Shown: piece after piece, positions 1 through 13,313 of the stretch
Layout of the letters: each line of letters opens with the position of its first letter
Numbering within the stretch: position 1 is the first letter of the stretch
Assembly: GCF_006345805.1 (NCBI RefSeq)
Contig: NC_042999.1
Location: 92,380,001 to 92,444,000 of the forward strand
DNA from: Octopus sinensis
Lineage: Eukaryota
Length of the DNA: 64,000 bases
Reading direction: 5' to 3'
Position numbers and translations under genes: made by a program
The notes under the pieces: model-generated
Seen by the model: the letters and a program-made list of their open reading frames with translations, nothing else
Database searches by the model: none
What the model was told of the DNA's origin: nothing

Positions 1-717
1 AAGTGGAATCGGACATCATATATTATGATGTCCGAGAAAAAGAGAGAGGGAAGAAGAGAGACAGCATAACGACGGTTTTGATTGACTGTCATCCTGTACT
101 CTCCTTATTGCTAGCCAAATGGTATGTGCCGGCTGTTTGAGCAAATTCGTTGCTTTTAATGGCGGAACAAACAGGACAAAAAGATTACAAAAATAGCGAT
201 TCTCACTTTGAAACAAACAATTTTGAAAATCTTTTTAGATTACGGAATGTCCTGCTCTCTCATGTATCCATGTTTAAAAATTCAGCGCGATCGGATGACC
301 AACACTCGAGTTATAAGCGCACAAACAGACAGAACGGATTTTATATTATATTATATTATAAACAGAGAGAGAGAGAGAGAGAGATGTATGTATATCTATA
401 TGTACACACAGAGACGCATACGTGTGTGTGTATGTTCCTGCGTTGTAATAATGTCTACAGTTTTATTAATTAGAGAATGGTGCATCTGTTCAAAACGAAT
501 TCAAATCATTGTTAAATTTCTTAGCCAGACTTCAAGTTTTGAGTGCAATAGAAAAGTATGCATGCCACTCACTAACAATGATAGGTTATAATGTCATATA
601 AGCATATAGCCATTGGCACCGTCAACGACGGTCCTACTAAATTCAGGGACGTATCAAGAGCATAATGAACTGGCTAAGTCACGCAGACTCGGGTGTAATG
701 GGTTGGGGCTAAATTAC

Positions 718-816
718 CTGATTTTCCTCTTTATTAAGAAAATTCCAATTTGATCAAATAATTCTCTTATGTGTATGATGATTATAGAAAGAGAAGATAG
801 TATTGAAAATTGTCTA
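718..816 (-). other. Candidate isolated 99-nt exon (unverified)
   Basis: On the minus strand, polypyrimidine acceptor ttttcttttttgataaacag| and donor CAG|gtaatt. One frame is open (RQFSILSSLSIIIIHIRELFDQIGIFLIKRKI). No recognisable homology. Confidence 0.15.
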
Positions 817-3010
817 CTGTTTATCAAAAAAGAAAAAGGTGCGTTTTTCTGTCTCTTAATTAAGTCATTTGGTCTTTTCTTTTGGTAAACTATATCTGCC
901 ACCTCGACTTTTTAAAGTTCACTCTCTCTCATTTTATGTCTGTTCACCGCTCTGGAGACTTAAGAAATATCTTATCCTTTCATTTACTTTCATTTTACTT
1001 GTCCAACTGTCTGTCACTCACTCTTTCTCCAGTTGTATTTCGATAACCTTCTACCTCCTCAGTACCTCGTTAGCGTGACAACAAAGAAAATCAAGACAAA
1101 TTGCTAATTATTATATGTGAATACACACACACGTCTCCTCAGAGACATGAACGAAATAAATAAAAAGAAATATTGACCCGAAAGTTAAACGAAATCACTG
1201 AACATAATAATAGTGGCGTTATTCACCCTCCTTTATCATATCAATAGTCAAACCAATATTCTTTTATTTAATTAATATGGAAACGAATATCTTAATTTCC
1301 AATACATTTTCTCCACATATGCTCCTAAATTTATTTATGAGAAATTAGCCATAAAACAGGACGATAGATTCCACCCATTTTAACATTTTTTACTTTTGCT
1401 TTTTACTATACTTGACAACAATTGAGAATTGTGGTGGTGGCAGTTACCAGGTTTATAAAATTAAATTTATGAAGCAGTTTTGTGCGGTTTGATATGATTT
1501 TTCAATATCACGATAATGGATGAATATATTTTTTTTATTATTGAGAGTAACGAGGCTTCAGTTCTATTTGGAACCTCACTGATATGCTACTTTTTCTTGC
1601 AGGGTCAACAATTTCCAAAGCCCCTAAATAATCTATCCACTTTGCAAATAGCGATTCAGGTATCAGGTATCATTTTCACTACCTAATTGGCAATGAAATA
1701 TGGTGGTTTCAGTTCTTTTTAATGGGACTTTCTTTCAATTACTACATTATGGCCAATGTCTAATTCATGATTGATCAATTTTTGGTCATCAACTTCCCAT
1801 TCCCATAAATAAATTAATAAATTAATTTCGCAAATAGGGAAACTGCCATTTCTTCAAAAAGTCCCATTCCGTGTTAAAACGGAAAGCATGTGTTGACACC
1901 TTCCATTAAGACTTTCTGTTGTTCCCCCACTATCTTATTTTGTAGCGATGGCGGCGGTGGTGGTGATGGTTGGAGGGTCAATGCAAGAACAATAATTAAC
2001 GACAACAAAATATTCTTCAGTATTATTAACTGTTCTTATAACACAGTAGCATAGTTATGATAATAGTAGCACTATGATAATAATAGTGTTTTGTAAAGTA
2101 CAAAGAATAATCTTTACGAAAGCCGACGGCTTGGTTACGTTACGTGTTCATTCTAAAAACATAAAAGAATTAACAAGAAAGTGACATTATCAAATATTGT
2201 ATTGCCACTAATCATAATTATTAGATGCTAATATTTACAATTAACTTTCGGGTGTAACTGTTTATAAACTCTAGTTCAGACTTGGTGAAACTGAATATAT
2301 GATCGACGGCTGGCGTTTCAGATGTGATCATCTCATTTGCATATCCAGGAAATAGTGTCCAATGTACGAATTGATTTGTTTTATTCAAAACTGCTGAGTT
2401 AGATTTTAATAAAATAAGTTGCTATTTCCAGGAGATCTGGCGTACTCCTTCACTGGTCTGTCTTGAGATTGTTTGGGGATGGGATTAAATCGATTATAAC
2501 CTTCTATATACGTTTCAGATTTTATGAAAACACTAGAGAATTCAAAGAGAAAAAGTATTGGTCTGTGAAAGCAATGAATCGATGTAGTAAAGTTTACAAA
2601 ACAAAATAAACTGTGTACTGTGAGACAGAATTCTCGGCACACAAACTTAATCTATTTTATCAAAGCAATGAGGGACTTCTTTCGTTAAGCATGTTAGAAA
2701 TAGATCTGAACGTTCCTTAAAATCACACCAATTGTTTTCATTAAAAAAAAAAAAAATACACATTGGACAATGAATAATTCTTAAAAGTCGAAATGGAATG
2801 CTTTTGATCTTAGGTGTGCTGAATCGGGGCCACCCCGGTGCTAATTAACAACAGCAACGACTCTATTTTAACAGTTGCAAGTTAACTGTTAATGCCGTTG
2901 GCCAATAATTTCATTTCCCTGTATAGCGTTCTTGAATAGAAAGGTTCTTGAGTTTTGAAGTGACTTGTCATTAAACCTCAAGATAACATCCCTGCTAGTT
3001 AAATTTGCAT

Positions 3011-3075
3011 ACAGCAGTAGCAGTAGCAGTAGTAGTAGCAGTAGTAGTAGCAGTGGTAGTAGCAGCAGCAGTAGC

Positions 3076-3143
<68 letters not shown>

Positions 3144-3165
3144 TAGTAATAGTAACTTGTAGTAG
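3011..3165. repeat. Compound (AGT)n/(AGC)n trinucleotide microsatellite
   Basis: Directly visible; it produces the poly-L/S/T/V ORFs in the track. Confidence 0.95.
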
Positions 3166-3295
3166 TTGGTGGTTGTCAGCATCACAAGAAAGAAACAACA
3201 TCCATGTGTATGGCTTGATAACATTTAACACTCTTTCGCTAATTGTTTGCCGTGCCTATATAATCACGAGGAGACACAGACGCCACAGCTTAATA

Positions 3296-3400
3296 GACTT
3301 GAGCAACGTGAAGTCAAGTGTTTGCTCAAGGAGACAATGCCTCGTGCAGCACAAGAATTGAATCCACGACATTATGATCGTGAGACGAACACTCTAATCT
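3296..3400 (-). mobile_element. Degenerate tRNA-derived SINE head/core (same family as 34825-35148)
   Basis: Reverse complement reads gattagagtgttcgtctcacgatc...ggattcaattc...ccttgagcaaacacttgacttcacgttgctc, aligning by eye to the 34825 copy (ttcttgagcaggacactttatttcacgttgctc). Confidence 0.6.
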
Positions 3401-3639
3401 CTAGGCAACGTTCCTTCCTCTTCACTACATAAATATCACAAACAACAATACCGAGCACAAACACACAGAATTAGTTTGAAGCCCTTAAAATTCTGGACAT
3501 CGCTACACTGTATAGAGTGCCAATGCGAAAGACTTTTGATAAACAATTCATAATCACTTCACATGCCCTGACATGAAATCTCTTTTATGTCAAGTTCTCA
3601 TTTGGCCAGAAATCGAACTCCAGTTCAATACTTCGCAAA

Positions 3640-4135
3640 TTATTATTATTATTCTATGTTTGACTTTTGCTTTATGTCTGTACAAGTTGGCTCCAAGTCT
3701 CACCCAGAGACATCAAGAGACAACAGGTTGGAAGTTCTGTGCCATATATTTGGGGTTTTTTTTTGGTGTTGTACTAGTGAATGTCTAATACATAAAAATA
3801 AAATTAAAAAAATAAATAAATAAATAAAAAAAAAAGTTTGTTTTAAACCTTGGGATTACACAGAGAGTATTTTGCATAGGATATGAGCAGTTCCCATGAG
3901 CACTATCTTTTGAATTTCTGCCATTTTGGGGTTTCCTTGTATCTGAGTTAGGTAGCAATCAGCCCCTTTCGCTATCATTCCCAGGGCACCTATGACAACA
4001 GGTATTGTTTTAGTCTTCAGCTTCCACATTTTGCTGATTTCTATTTCAAGATCTTTATATTTGCTCAGTTTTTGGTAGGTCTTGACAGATATGTTTATAT
4101 CGATTGGGACAGTCATATCAATGAGGAGGCATTAC
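3640..4135 (-). mobile_element. 5'-truncated R4/Dong-clade non-LTR retrotransposon (REL endonuclease C-terminus + 3'UTR), lineage 1
   Basis: ORF 3856-4116 KYKDLEIEISKMWKLKTKTIPVVIGALGMI...IQKIVLMGTAHIL is the typical R4/Dong REL tail. The 3'UTR ends in (TAA)n and is shared with the copies at 4259 and 56310. Confidence 0.85.
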
Positions 4136-4147
4136 TATTACTACTAC

Positions 4148-4179
<32 letters not shown>

Positions 4180-4258
4180 TATTATTATTATTATTATATT
4201 ATTATTATTATTATTATTGTTGTTGTTGTTGTTGTTGTTGTTGTTATTATTATTATTT
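4136..4258. repeat. (TTA)n/(TTG)n microsatellite between two R4/Dong copies
   Basis: Directly visible. Confidence 0.95.
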
Positions 4259-5270
4259 ATGTGTTGGGCTTTTACTTTGTATTTGTACAAGTTGATTCCA
4301 AGTCTCACCCAGAGATCTCAAGAGACAAGTTAGAATTATAAGTTGGTATAATGACTCGAGTGCCATATATTTGGTTTTGTACAGAGTACTGTTCTAGAGA
4401 ACGTCTGTCAAAACATAAGTAAATTAGAAGTTTGTCTTAGCAGTAATTTTATTATGATATGATTGATGTTAAAATGACAATAAAAGATATTTGCTGTCAT
4501 GTACATTTTAAAATATTTTGACTCTGTTTACGGATTAATATATTTTGGGGATTACATAGACAATATTTTACGTAGAATATGGGCAGTTCCCATGAGCACT
4601 ATTTTTTGAAGTTTTTCCCTTTTTGGATTTCCTGGTATCCGAGCTATGTAGCAATCAGCCTCTTTTACTATCATTCCTACGGCACATATGACACGTATTG
4701 TTTAAGTCTTGAGGTTCCACATTTTGCCAATTTCTATTTCAAGTTCCTTATATTTGCTCAGTTTTTGGTAGGTCTTGACAAACACGTTTTATGTCGATTG
4801 GAACGGTTATATTGATGAGGAGGCATGATTTTTGTCTGAAATCCTTCAATATAATATCTGGCCTATTTGCATCTATCTTTCTTTCTGTCAGTTTGAATGG
4901 TGAAGTTCCAAAGGAGTGAGATACGGGCATTTTCAAGCACTGGCGGTGGTTTCTGCCCCCACCAGTTTTTATTATGTGGCAGGTCTGAGTCTTTGTAAAT
5001 TACCCAGTGGATATACTGTGTTGTTCTATCATGCCTGTTGAGATACTCTGTAGACGCAAGAGGACTTCACATGGAGACAACATGATCGCTGGTTCCACTT
5101 TGTTGTTTACATACACGATATGTTGGGCTACTGCTCTTCTTTAAGATGTTGACCAGGTATCTTCTTGTAGGTAGGCATTGATCTTGGGTTGCTATGATAA
5201 ACCCTTCTGTCATGACTTAAGCCAGAAGACACTAACCATTGATGATTAAGGGCTTTGTCAACATCGGCAT
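4259..5270 (-). mobile_element. Second 5'-truncated, decayed R4/Dong copy, lineage 1
   Basis: Same 3'UTR (ttgtacaagttgattccaagtctcacccagaga). ORF 4748-4936 contains RKIDANRPDIILKD (REL PD..D motif), with frameshifted upstream remnants. Confidence 0.8.
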
Positions 5271-5307
5271 ACTATTATTATTATTATCATCATCATTTTA
5301 TTATTAA

Positions 5308-5525
5308 GGCGGTGAGATGGCAGAATCATTAGCACGCCGGGCAAAATGCTTTGCGGCATTTCGTCTGTCTTAACGTTCTGAGTTCAAATTCCACCGAGGT
5401 CAACTTTGCTTTCGTTTTTCAAGGTCATTAAATTAAGTACTAGTGAAATGCTGGAGTCGATGTAGTCGACTGGTCCCCGCCCCCAACATTTCGGGCCTTG
5501 TACCCATGGTAGAAAGGATTATTAT
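5308..5525 (+). mobile_element. tRNA-like SINE, family A
   Basis: ggcggtgagatggcagaatc...gttctgagttcaaattcc (A-box- and B-box-like), 3' end gggccttgtaccc..tagaaagga followed by (TTA)n. Several related copies occur in the window. Confidence 0.85.
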
Positions 5526-7027
5526 TATTATTGTTATTATTTATTTGGCTTGTTAGTTATTTAGTAATTCATTTATTTATTTTACTTCATCATTCATCAT
5601 TTTTCGTTATTTCCGTCTGCCTCCATAGTATTCGATCTTTGGCAAGAGCATTCAGGGAAACCATATCAAGACTTGTCTGTGTTATGATGTTATCTTCCCT
5701 TCTCTTAAGTTGCCGACTTCTGTTTCACTTGCCATTAATCATGCGTTCCTCCTAGATCTTGCTGACGCTAAAACCATTCACTTAGAGCGGCCCAGCAGTT
5801 TGAGTACTTTACTTTTGATGACTAAGGTGAGTGTGGTAATTTGGCTTCTTTGTTAGATCTGTTTTGTTTAATTATTGGTGTGTGCGCGCGCGCGTGTGTG
5901 TGTGTGTGTGGGAGTTCTGTACTTGAAGTGTGAAATTTCAGGGGAAAAAATGCGATTTTATAAGTTTTCTGATAGATATATGGTCAGCTATAAGTGAATT
6001 AATTTTGGGTTGTATAGCTCTCAGTCTTCTAAAATCTAACAACAAATAATATGTTTCTTCAGAAATTCAAAGTGTCTATGAGATTTGGCATATTAGTGAA
6101 ATGAAGGACTCCAGTAAGGAATTTTACGCTATCATGAGGAACTTAAATCTACATTTTGGCTCTTGTCTCATTAAGGAGATCTAAAACAAAATTGCATTTA
6201 CAACTGAGGAGAAATAAAGAAAATGTGCATTTTAAATACTTCCCATTAAACATGATAGAAATCAATAACACCCATTTAAGATGGAAGTTAGTGTGATGTT
6301 TTAAGCAGAAATGTTTCAGTAGCACCACCTCAAAGTACCATAGAAATATTACGGCCATGCTGGGGCACTGCTATCAATGGTTTCTCATCGATCGTATTGA
6401 CCCTAATACAGCACCGGATCAAATATCTGGCAAGCTTGGGGCCAGAAGTGGCCCGGATCCCTGGATTTTCGAGGTTTCTGGAGACATCCTAAATATACAT
6501 TTAAGATAGAAACTAAATTATGAAAAGAACTAAATTGTGTTTAATAGATTCAAATTAATCACTTCTAAAGCAAGGTCTATTTGATACTTATTAATCCACT
6601 TAAAATTCTTAAAATATATCATACTGTAACATATACACCATTATAATGTTTATATGATGAAAATTAAATGAAGTAAAGGACTTGATTTAATTTAACAGAT
6701 ACAGGTACAAATTAAAATAATTCTAAAGCGGAGTATGATTAATATTTATCAATCCACATGGAAGTAAAGAACAAAACTATTTTAACCTACTGTATGCAAA
6801 TTAATCCACAAAAGGATTGAAAATAGTGTCACATGTTGCAAAGCGAACATCTGTGACACAATCCCGCTTGCATATGCGCGTAGGTGAGTGTGTATGTGCG
6901 TATATATTTGTGTGTGTGTGTTTGTGTTAGTGTGTGTGGTTTGGATGGATGTGTGTAAACCTGCGTAGTAGACATACAAATACGGCAAATTAACATTTTT
7001 TTCCTCGTATATTGATAAAAAATTATG

Positions 7028-7077
7028 AACAGTCTTGATCGATTTTCGACCCTTACTGGCGTCTCATCAGAGATGTT
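7028..7077 (-). ncRNA. Minimal type-I hammerhead-ribozyme-like motif (slightly degenerate)
   Basis: Minus strand AACATCT-CTGATGA-GACgCCagtaaGGGTC-GAAA-A-TCGA-TC-AAGAcTGTT: exact CUGAUGA core, 5-bp stem II, palindromic ATCGAT stem III, stem I pairing with bulges, and one extra A after GAAA. Confidence 0.55.
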
Positions 7078-7169
7078 TACATCACTTAATCAATCCTGTA
7101 GAAGTAAACAGCCATTCTGTTTATATACACAACAAATCAAGTAGCTTCAGAAAACCGGAGCCATAGGAA

Positions 7170-7245
7170 TGTATGTATGTATGTATGTATGTATGTATGT
7201 ATGTATGTATGTATGTATGTATGTATGTATGTATGTATGTATGTA
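7170..7245. repeat. (TATG)n microsatellite at the 3' end of an R4/Dong lineage-2 copy
   Basis: Directly visible. Confidence 0.95.
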
Positions 7246-7259
7246 GTTACGTATGTATA

Positions 7260-8330
7260 TACCTCGTTTCTATTTCTTCTAATTATTATAAATCTTCCAC
7301 TGAGGAGGCAGCCGGTTTCCAACAAAGATACAAGGTTCCATCTTTGAGATGTACTTAACTCATCAGGAACTTGAGAAAAGTCTTGCATATTTTTATTGTT
7401 CCAGTCACAGATACGACTTGTAATGTACGAATCAGCCGAGCAATTTCTCTTTCTGAAAACCCCAGTTTATCCAAATTCTCTTTTAAGGATTTGCTAACAA
7501 AACCTAGTACTCTAATTATTATTGGTATGAATATGAATTCATAGTCTGAATATAGTAGCTGGAGGTTTCGAAGCAGTTGTCCATAGATATTCTCGTTTTC
7601 CTTGATTTTCAAAGAGCTATTTATATCTGCAGGGCAGCTAACTTCTATAATGGCACTTACCTTTGCCTCGCTGTCCCAAACAACAATATCCGCTGTATTA
7701 TGCTTACATTTGATAGACGTTTTGATGGAAATATTCCACCAGTATTCCTTGAGTTAGTGTTTATGAATGTATTCCATAACAGAGGGATTTTATAAGTTTA
7801 TTTCATGACAATCTTTTTTTGCGGATTGCATTGTAAATTGCTTTAGAAAGAAAATCGTGCCGCATAGGATGGTAGTACCGTGACGACATTTTAGGACAGC
7901 TACTAATCACATGCGTAGTTTTCCACGGGGACATGACACAGCCTACACATGCAGTTGCCCCTTGGGATTACAAGGGCGTCACTGTCTCTCTTGTTCACCA
8001 GGTACTTTGTGGCAATCTCCTGTTCCTGGATTGCAAACGCATAGCCTTCAAAGTGAGATGCAATATAGTGGTCTTGTGTCCAAGAGAGGCTGCGCTTCGT
8101 GTCAATTCTACTGTCTTCTTCAAGATGTATGATACCCCTGCAAACGTTTAAGTTCCTTGCAGTTAGGAACTTCCGATCTTTGAACAAACGGCCATTTTTT
8201 AAACTTCGACTTTTGAACAGAGATTTTCTGATTGAATAGCTACGAATAAAACATTTTTCTAATTCAATAAACATTTTGCTATTTTATAGAATTTTCTTCT
8301 GATTGAACGGACGTGCAGCAATCTTTACAA
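7260..8330 (-). mobile_element. 5'-truncated R4/Dong-type non-LTR element, lineage 2 (CCHC knuckle + REL)
   Basis: ORF 7903-8274 FEGYAFAIQEQEIATKYL...CRLCHVPVE; ORF 7355-7612 YGQLLRNLQLLYSDYEFIFIPIIIRVLG...TGTIKICKTFLKF. Homologous to the copy at 20390. Confidence 0.85.
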
Positions 8331-8879
8331 GTTCATTAACAATTTTTTAGACTGTCTAAACCGTTGATAACGATAACTACATTTTCTATTGTGTTTTTAA
8401 CTTATAGTAACACGAACTAAGTCAGTTTTTCAGTCAGCTGTAAGCTTCAAGCTATCTATTTTCAAGTCTATAGTTCCAACTCAACTGTTTTCCTCAGTTT
8501 TAAACTATTTTCTAGCACACGATATCAATAAATAGCATATCAATGATAAAATTATTGAAAGCCGCTTGAGCATATTCACATTCTGCTAGGTGTGTAATCT
8601 CTCTTCTCTGACCATGTACTGCGGGATCAGTGGTGTTTAAAGAGAGAATTACGTGCATAAATATTTAAAGAGAGAATCTTCGAGTGTAAAATCCAAACCC
8701 AAATTTTGATTCAATGTGCAACGTGTAAAATTTAAATGAGGTAATTTGCATCATGATTTAGTTGCATTTACACTATCAAGTAAAACAGGATAAAATGTTT
8801 CACTTCATCATTTAGATGCATCAGACTCGCTCAGTAAAGCGCCGATATCTTAGTCCACTACACGAGTCCATCATATGTG

Positions 8880-9338
8880 CACCTGGCATATGGGGAGCAG
8901 GTAGATCTCTAGATGAAACGAACGAGCTTTATAAGCTATATTTGAAAGTCTTGCGCAGTATATTTAGTTGTAGGCCAGCAGACATCTTACTGGCACTAAT
9001 TTAAGCGGGAATAATCACTGGATGCACCATTTCAGTGACTCTCTTTGTAATGGCAATGGGCATACTAGCTGAGACAGTAGAGAAAGAGTGCTGAAGTCTC
9101 TCCCGTAAGGAAGAAATTAAGCAACCATACATCAACGTTTTCATGAAAGATTTCACGGTGGCAACAACAGAGAAGAGAGCCAAGTGGTCTCTTCAGCATG
9201 AGCGCGAATGAGTTTCAAAAAACCAAGTCTTGGTGTATGATTTCGAAGAAAGGCAGTCACTAAAAGTCCCGTTTCAAAGTAGGAGACTAGATCCGGTTTG
9301 TCTGTCTGTCTGTCTCTCCCTCTCTCCATCTCCCTACA

Positions 9339-9389
<51 letters not shown>

Positions 9390-10330
9390 GACACACACAA
9401 ACGAAGCAAAACCAAAAATAGTGAAGAGTCTTGTTTGTTTGTTTTTCCATCTACATTCGAAGGCGGCCAGAGCTCACTTAGTTGAGAAATGCAGATGAGT
9501 GTCAGCTACTAGGAAGATTCAAGTCATGAATCTACTGGCCCGGGATCCTCTAAAGAATCCTCCAACCTTTGTTTATCTATGAACTCCCCCATGACAGCAG
9601 TGGAAAACTTTGAGTGTAATTTGAGCAGCCATCTTCGCAGATGACTGAGTTTTGTGCTGTACAGAAGTAGTAACATGGTTCGCAGGAAGGATAATCAGGA
9701 CCTGTTGTAGGAGGGCAAAAATCAATGGAGGAAGATTGGGCAAAATGAGCGGGGGAAATGCAAAAACGTCTAGATAAAATGGGAGCAGGTAGTGGAGCAG
9801 AATTTCATTAGGTAGAAAATCTGGAAGCGAAATCCACTGAGAATAAGGTACTTGATTCTGAAACGGTCTATAATGCCTTCGCCAGACAATTTAACCTATT
9901 ACATGGAGCCTACTAAAAATACCAGCATGTCCATTTGTTTTAAGAGCGGGACCCTCAAACACATCTTAATTAGCTGCTCCAAGTTACTAGTTGAGAGAAT
10001 TGGAGGTATGACCAATTTTTCAAGACTGTCTCTGATGCAGTCAACAAGGGGTTAGTTAACACAGAAATGCCTACACTTCATCCAGAAAGATATCTTTTGG
10101 TTAGCATCTCCATGCATAAGAATTGCTCCGATGTTTTACTTTCCAAGGCACAATATTGGATGATGGAAATTGATTTGTAGTAGAAGCAGTTAAAGTTTCC
10201 ATCACACATCATCCAGAGCTTGTTGGCACTACATAACATATTTCTGCAACGAAGTAGCAAGGTAGCTAATGAAAATGGAGTTAACTTTGTCCTGGGATGA
10301 CGCAAAAGAGAAGAAAGTATAGTGGTCACC
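8880..10330 (+). mobile_element. Decayed HERO-like (REL-type) non-LTR retrotransposon, interrupted by a (CT)/(CA) microsatellite
   Basis: Manual translation from 9005: AGIITGCTISVTLFVMAMGIL...QPYINVFMKDFTVAT (compare the recalled HERO consensus GIVTGCTISVILF...QPPIRAFMDDLTVTT). Downstream remnants are WEQVVEQ, PLRIRYLI, PACP..FKSGTLKHILISCSK, KQLKFPSHI and MELTLSWDD. Many stops and frameshifts. Confidence 0.7.
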
Positions 10331-11179
10331 AGTTTTCGTATAGCGGACACCAGTTTTATTATATAGCGAATGTTTTCTGGTTGGTTTGTTTACTGTCTGT
10401 AACGCTACTTTATTATGTTTCCTATTTGGAAATAGATAAATATATTTAGCTTTTGACGTAGGGATATATAATGATAAAACCGTAACTTATAACTTACTTC
10501 TAAGTGTTATACGTAAATCCTGACTCCAGCTACATAAACGCTATAGCGAGAAATATATTTTCTGAAACGCTAATGGACATTATGCGTGCATGTATGCTGA
10601 ATATAAATAATTTCGTGTTCTTTTAACCGCTATAAAAAATACAGTTTCATAATTACAGAAAGACATTTCATTAAGTTGAAGAAGTGAAGAAACAGAAAAT
10701 AATTACTACATTATTTTATTTATGTACATATAGCATTTTTAATATTCATAATACAATTTGAAGTAAAGTAATTTTGTTGTAGAGCATTACGACTTAAAAT
10801 TCACACTAACTAATTCTTCATACTAACTATTATAGATCTCAACAATTCAAACAAGTCTTGTTGAATTTTTCATAGACATGGCACAAAAAAATAACCAATG
10901 TCTCAAAGGAGTGAGTGTCGTGGAGTTTAGTTACATCCCACAAACACTAAAGTTTTTCCCAAAATCCAGGGTTTTTATAACTGCTCAACTAGACTTTAAT
11001 GAATTGAAATCACATAAAAATATTCTTTAACTAATTTTTAGAATTCCTATATGAGCAGTTATTTAAACCAATGGGAAAACGACAATTATATTTCTTCGGC
11101 AATACGACATTACGTCATATTGCCAGCTACCACAAATTGGCGCTGCTATTTGAAAATGGCTATATGCTACAAAAGCTAG

Positions 11180-11770
11180 TGTAACGAACTTCGTGTGAGT
11201 GAATATCTTGTCTTGTACTTTCGGGGTACAAGAAAGCAATCACTCACTGTCGTTGCTTTAATAATCCAGAATTCTACCAGTCAGAAACAACAAAACGCAG
11301 ACGTAAAATACATATAACTACTTTATTCTCTTTCTTGGTAACAATAACAATAAGTGTGTTATCTGATGTCCTTGGTTCGGGGCGCGCAAGGCTGAAAGTT
11401 AATCGATTGTAATATTTACAATATTCAGCCGCCAAAAACAGAAACGGATTCAAGATGGCGTCGAACAATGGAGACGATGTTGGTCTGCAACAATTTGGTT
11501 AAAGGCCTTTTGGTAAGGACTGCTAGAAGCAAGTTCGAACGGAGAGAAAATATGCGTGACCGCCGCGTTCAATCGCTGCTGTCCCAAGTCCCCGCTGCTG
11601 CTGCCAGCGGTCAAACGTTCTACGATCCCCCTGCCTTGGCCAGGGTCGTGCTTCCGGTGGTTCGCGCATGCGCGAGAGGGCCCTTCCTTTTTGTGCCTTG
11701 GTGAAGGCACCAACACGCGCGAAATACAAATGGACGGTGCGCGTGCGCGCACCGTTATAGTATCACTACA
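11180..11770 (-). repeat. 3' LTR (591 bp)
   Basis: tgtaacgaac...tatcactaca. About 6 transitions and one 2-bp indel versus the other LTR (by eye). AATAAA on the minus strand near 11323. Confidence 0.95.
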
Positions 11771-11773
11771 AGG

Positions 11774-11782
11774 CTCCCCTCC
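11774..11782 (-). promoter_or_regulatory. Polypurine tract (PPT)
   Basis: GGAGGGGAG on the minus strand, 3 nt before the 3' LTR. Confidence 0.7.
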
Positions 11783-13292
11783 AGTGCGTACGCACGAAAG
11801 GAATCTTATTGTAGTGACTGCAAAACTCAAGGTGGACACCAGATAACCAAATAGCACACAATAATATAATGGCAAAATTTATAACATACACAAGAAATTT
11901 ACTAAAGGAAAAAGAGAAAAAATACTCAATGAGCAAAAATCAAGAGTGCATGCATGAAAGTGTATACGTCACAAAGTATAGAACCTTCCGCTGAAAGGAG
12001 CGGAGGGAAAGCAAAACTCACAGTTAATGAACCTAAACGAAATTAAAATCCAACTTCTCTAAAGGTGGTTGATCCTGCAAAATAGCAGTTAAATCAATTG
12101 CTGCAGGAGAGGAAATGGAATTGGCAGAAGCTCGCTAGTAACACAAAAGGCAAAAGTGCAAACATGCTGGTGTGATGCGCGACACAGATAATTTTCTGTT
12201 AATTACGTGACCAACAGTGGTCTAACAGGGAAAATAATTACGCCTAAACATGGCGCAGCGCATGTGAACATCCGACGTCCTATGAGTCGGGAAAAGAATT
12301 AAGCTAGCGCAAACGTGTGGCAAAAAACAAGGCAATACACGTGCGAAGCAAGGCGCATGAAATGCAATAGTGCTTGCCAGACCAAAAAACAGCAAGTATA
12401 TGCCAGTGGTTGAGCGATTATATGCCTCGTTCGTACAGGAACAAAAGTATGACATGCTGGCGCGTTATAATGGACAAACAACCCTCTCTATGTATACGCG
12501 ACCGCTAGGGTCTATAGAAATGAGGGGTGTCCACAAAAGGCAAATTTAGCATGGAACAAACAAGCGAGAAAAGCATGTGTGACGTATGTATGTGAGAGAG
12601 AGCATTTATGTGTGTGTACGTGTGTGCGACAGAAATACATACAAGGTGAATGCGAGCAAAATATAAAAACAGCGCATAGAAAAAATGTCTCTCAAGGCTA
12701 TTCCAGACAATGGAGTTAGTTTACCAGTCTATAATAGCCTGAAGAACAATAGCAGTTCGTTCTGTAACAGAAATGTTGAAATCACAAAATGCAGATGCCG
12801 GTTGAACACATATCGTGTAACGGTTGTGGCTTCAATGCTGTGACAGGTTAACTGGAACAGAAGAATCTCGTAGATAGACGGTGCTGTAAGTCCTTGGTGT
12901 GCATATGCACAAAACAGCGTGCACGCTAAAGTTCCGCGAGTTGCTATGTACATCTTGGTGGAGGTCGACGGTGTTGAAAGGCGACGGTGGTGGTGGCGAC
13001 TGTAGTGGACTTGGGACAACATCGTTCTTAGTGATGATGGCGACGAAGATAGCAACGACGTGAAGTAGAAAGACGACGATGACGATGACGAAGGTGGAGA
13101 AAAGGCATCGAATATATGATGGCGTCCGTCATCATGGCTGTAGAATAAGAAAGAGGCTCCTTCTACAACTGTTTGTAGTGGCCGGAAACAAATCGTCGAA
13201 AGTTGAATGCGTAGAGTTAAATCGTGTTCCGACTTCGCAGAAAAACTGGATTTTTTTTTTTGTTGTTAAGTGATCTCTGGTTTTAGACCAGA

Positions 13293-13312
13293 ATCACATC
13301 GGGGGGTCACCA
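13293..13312 (-). promoter_or_regulatory. Primer-binding site, tRNA-Trp-like
   Basis: Minus strand TGGTGACCCCCCGATGTGAT versus canonical Trp PBS TGGTGACCCCGACGTGAT (two extra C, one C>T), 1 nt after the 5' LTR. Confidence 0.9.
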
Positions 13313-13313
13313 C

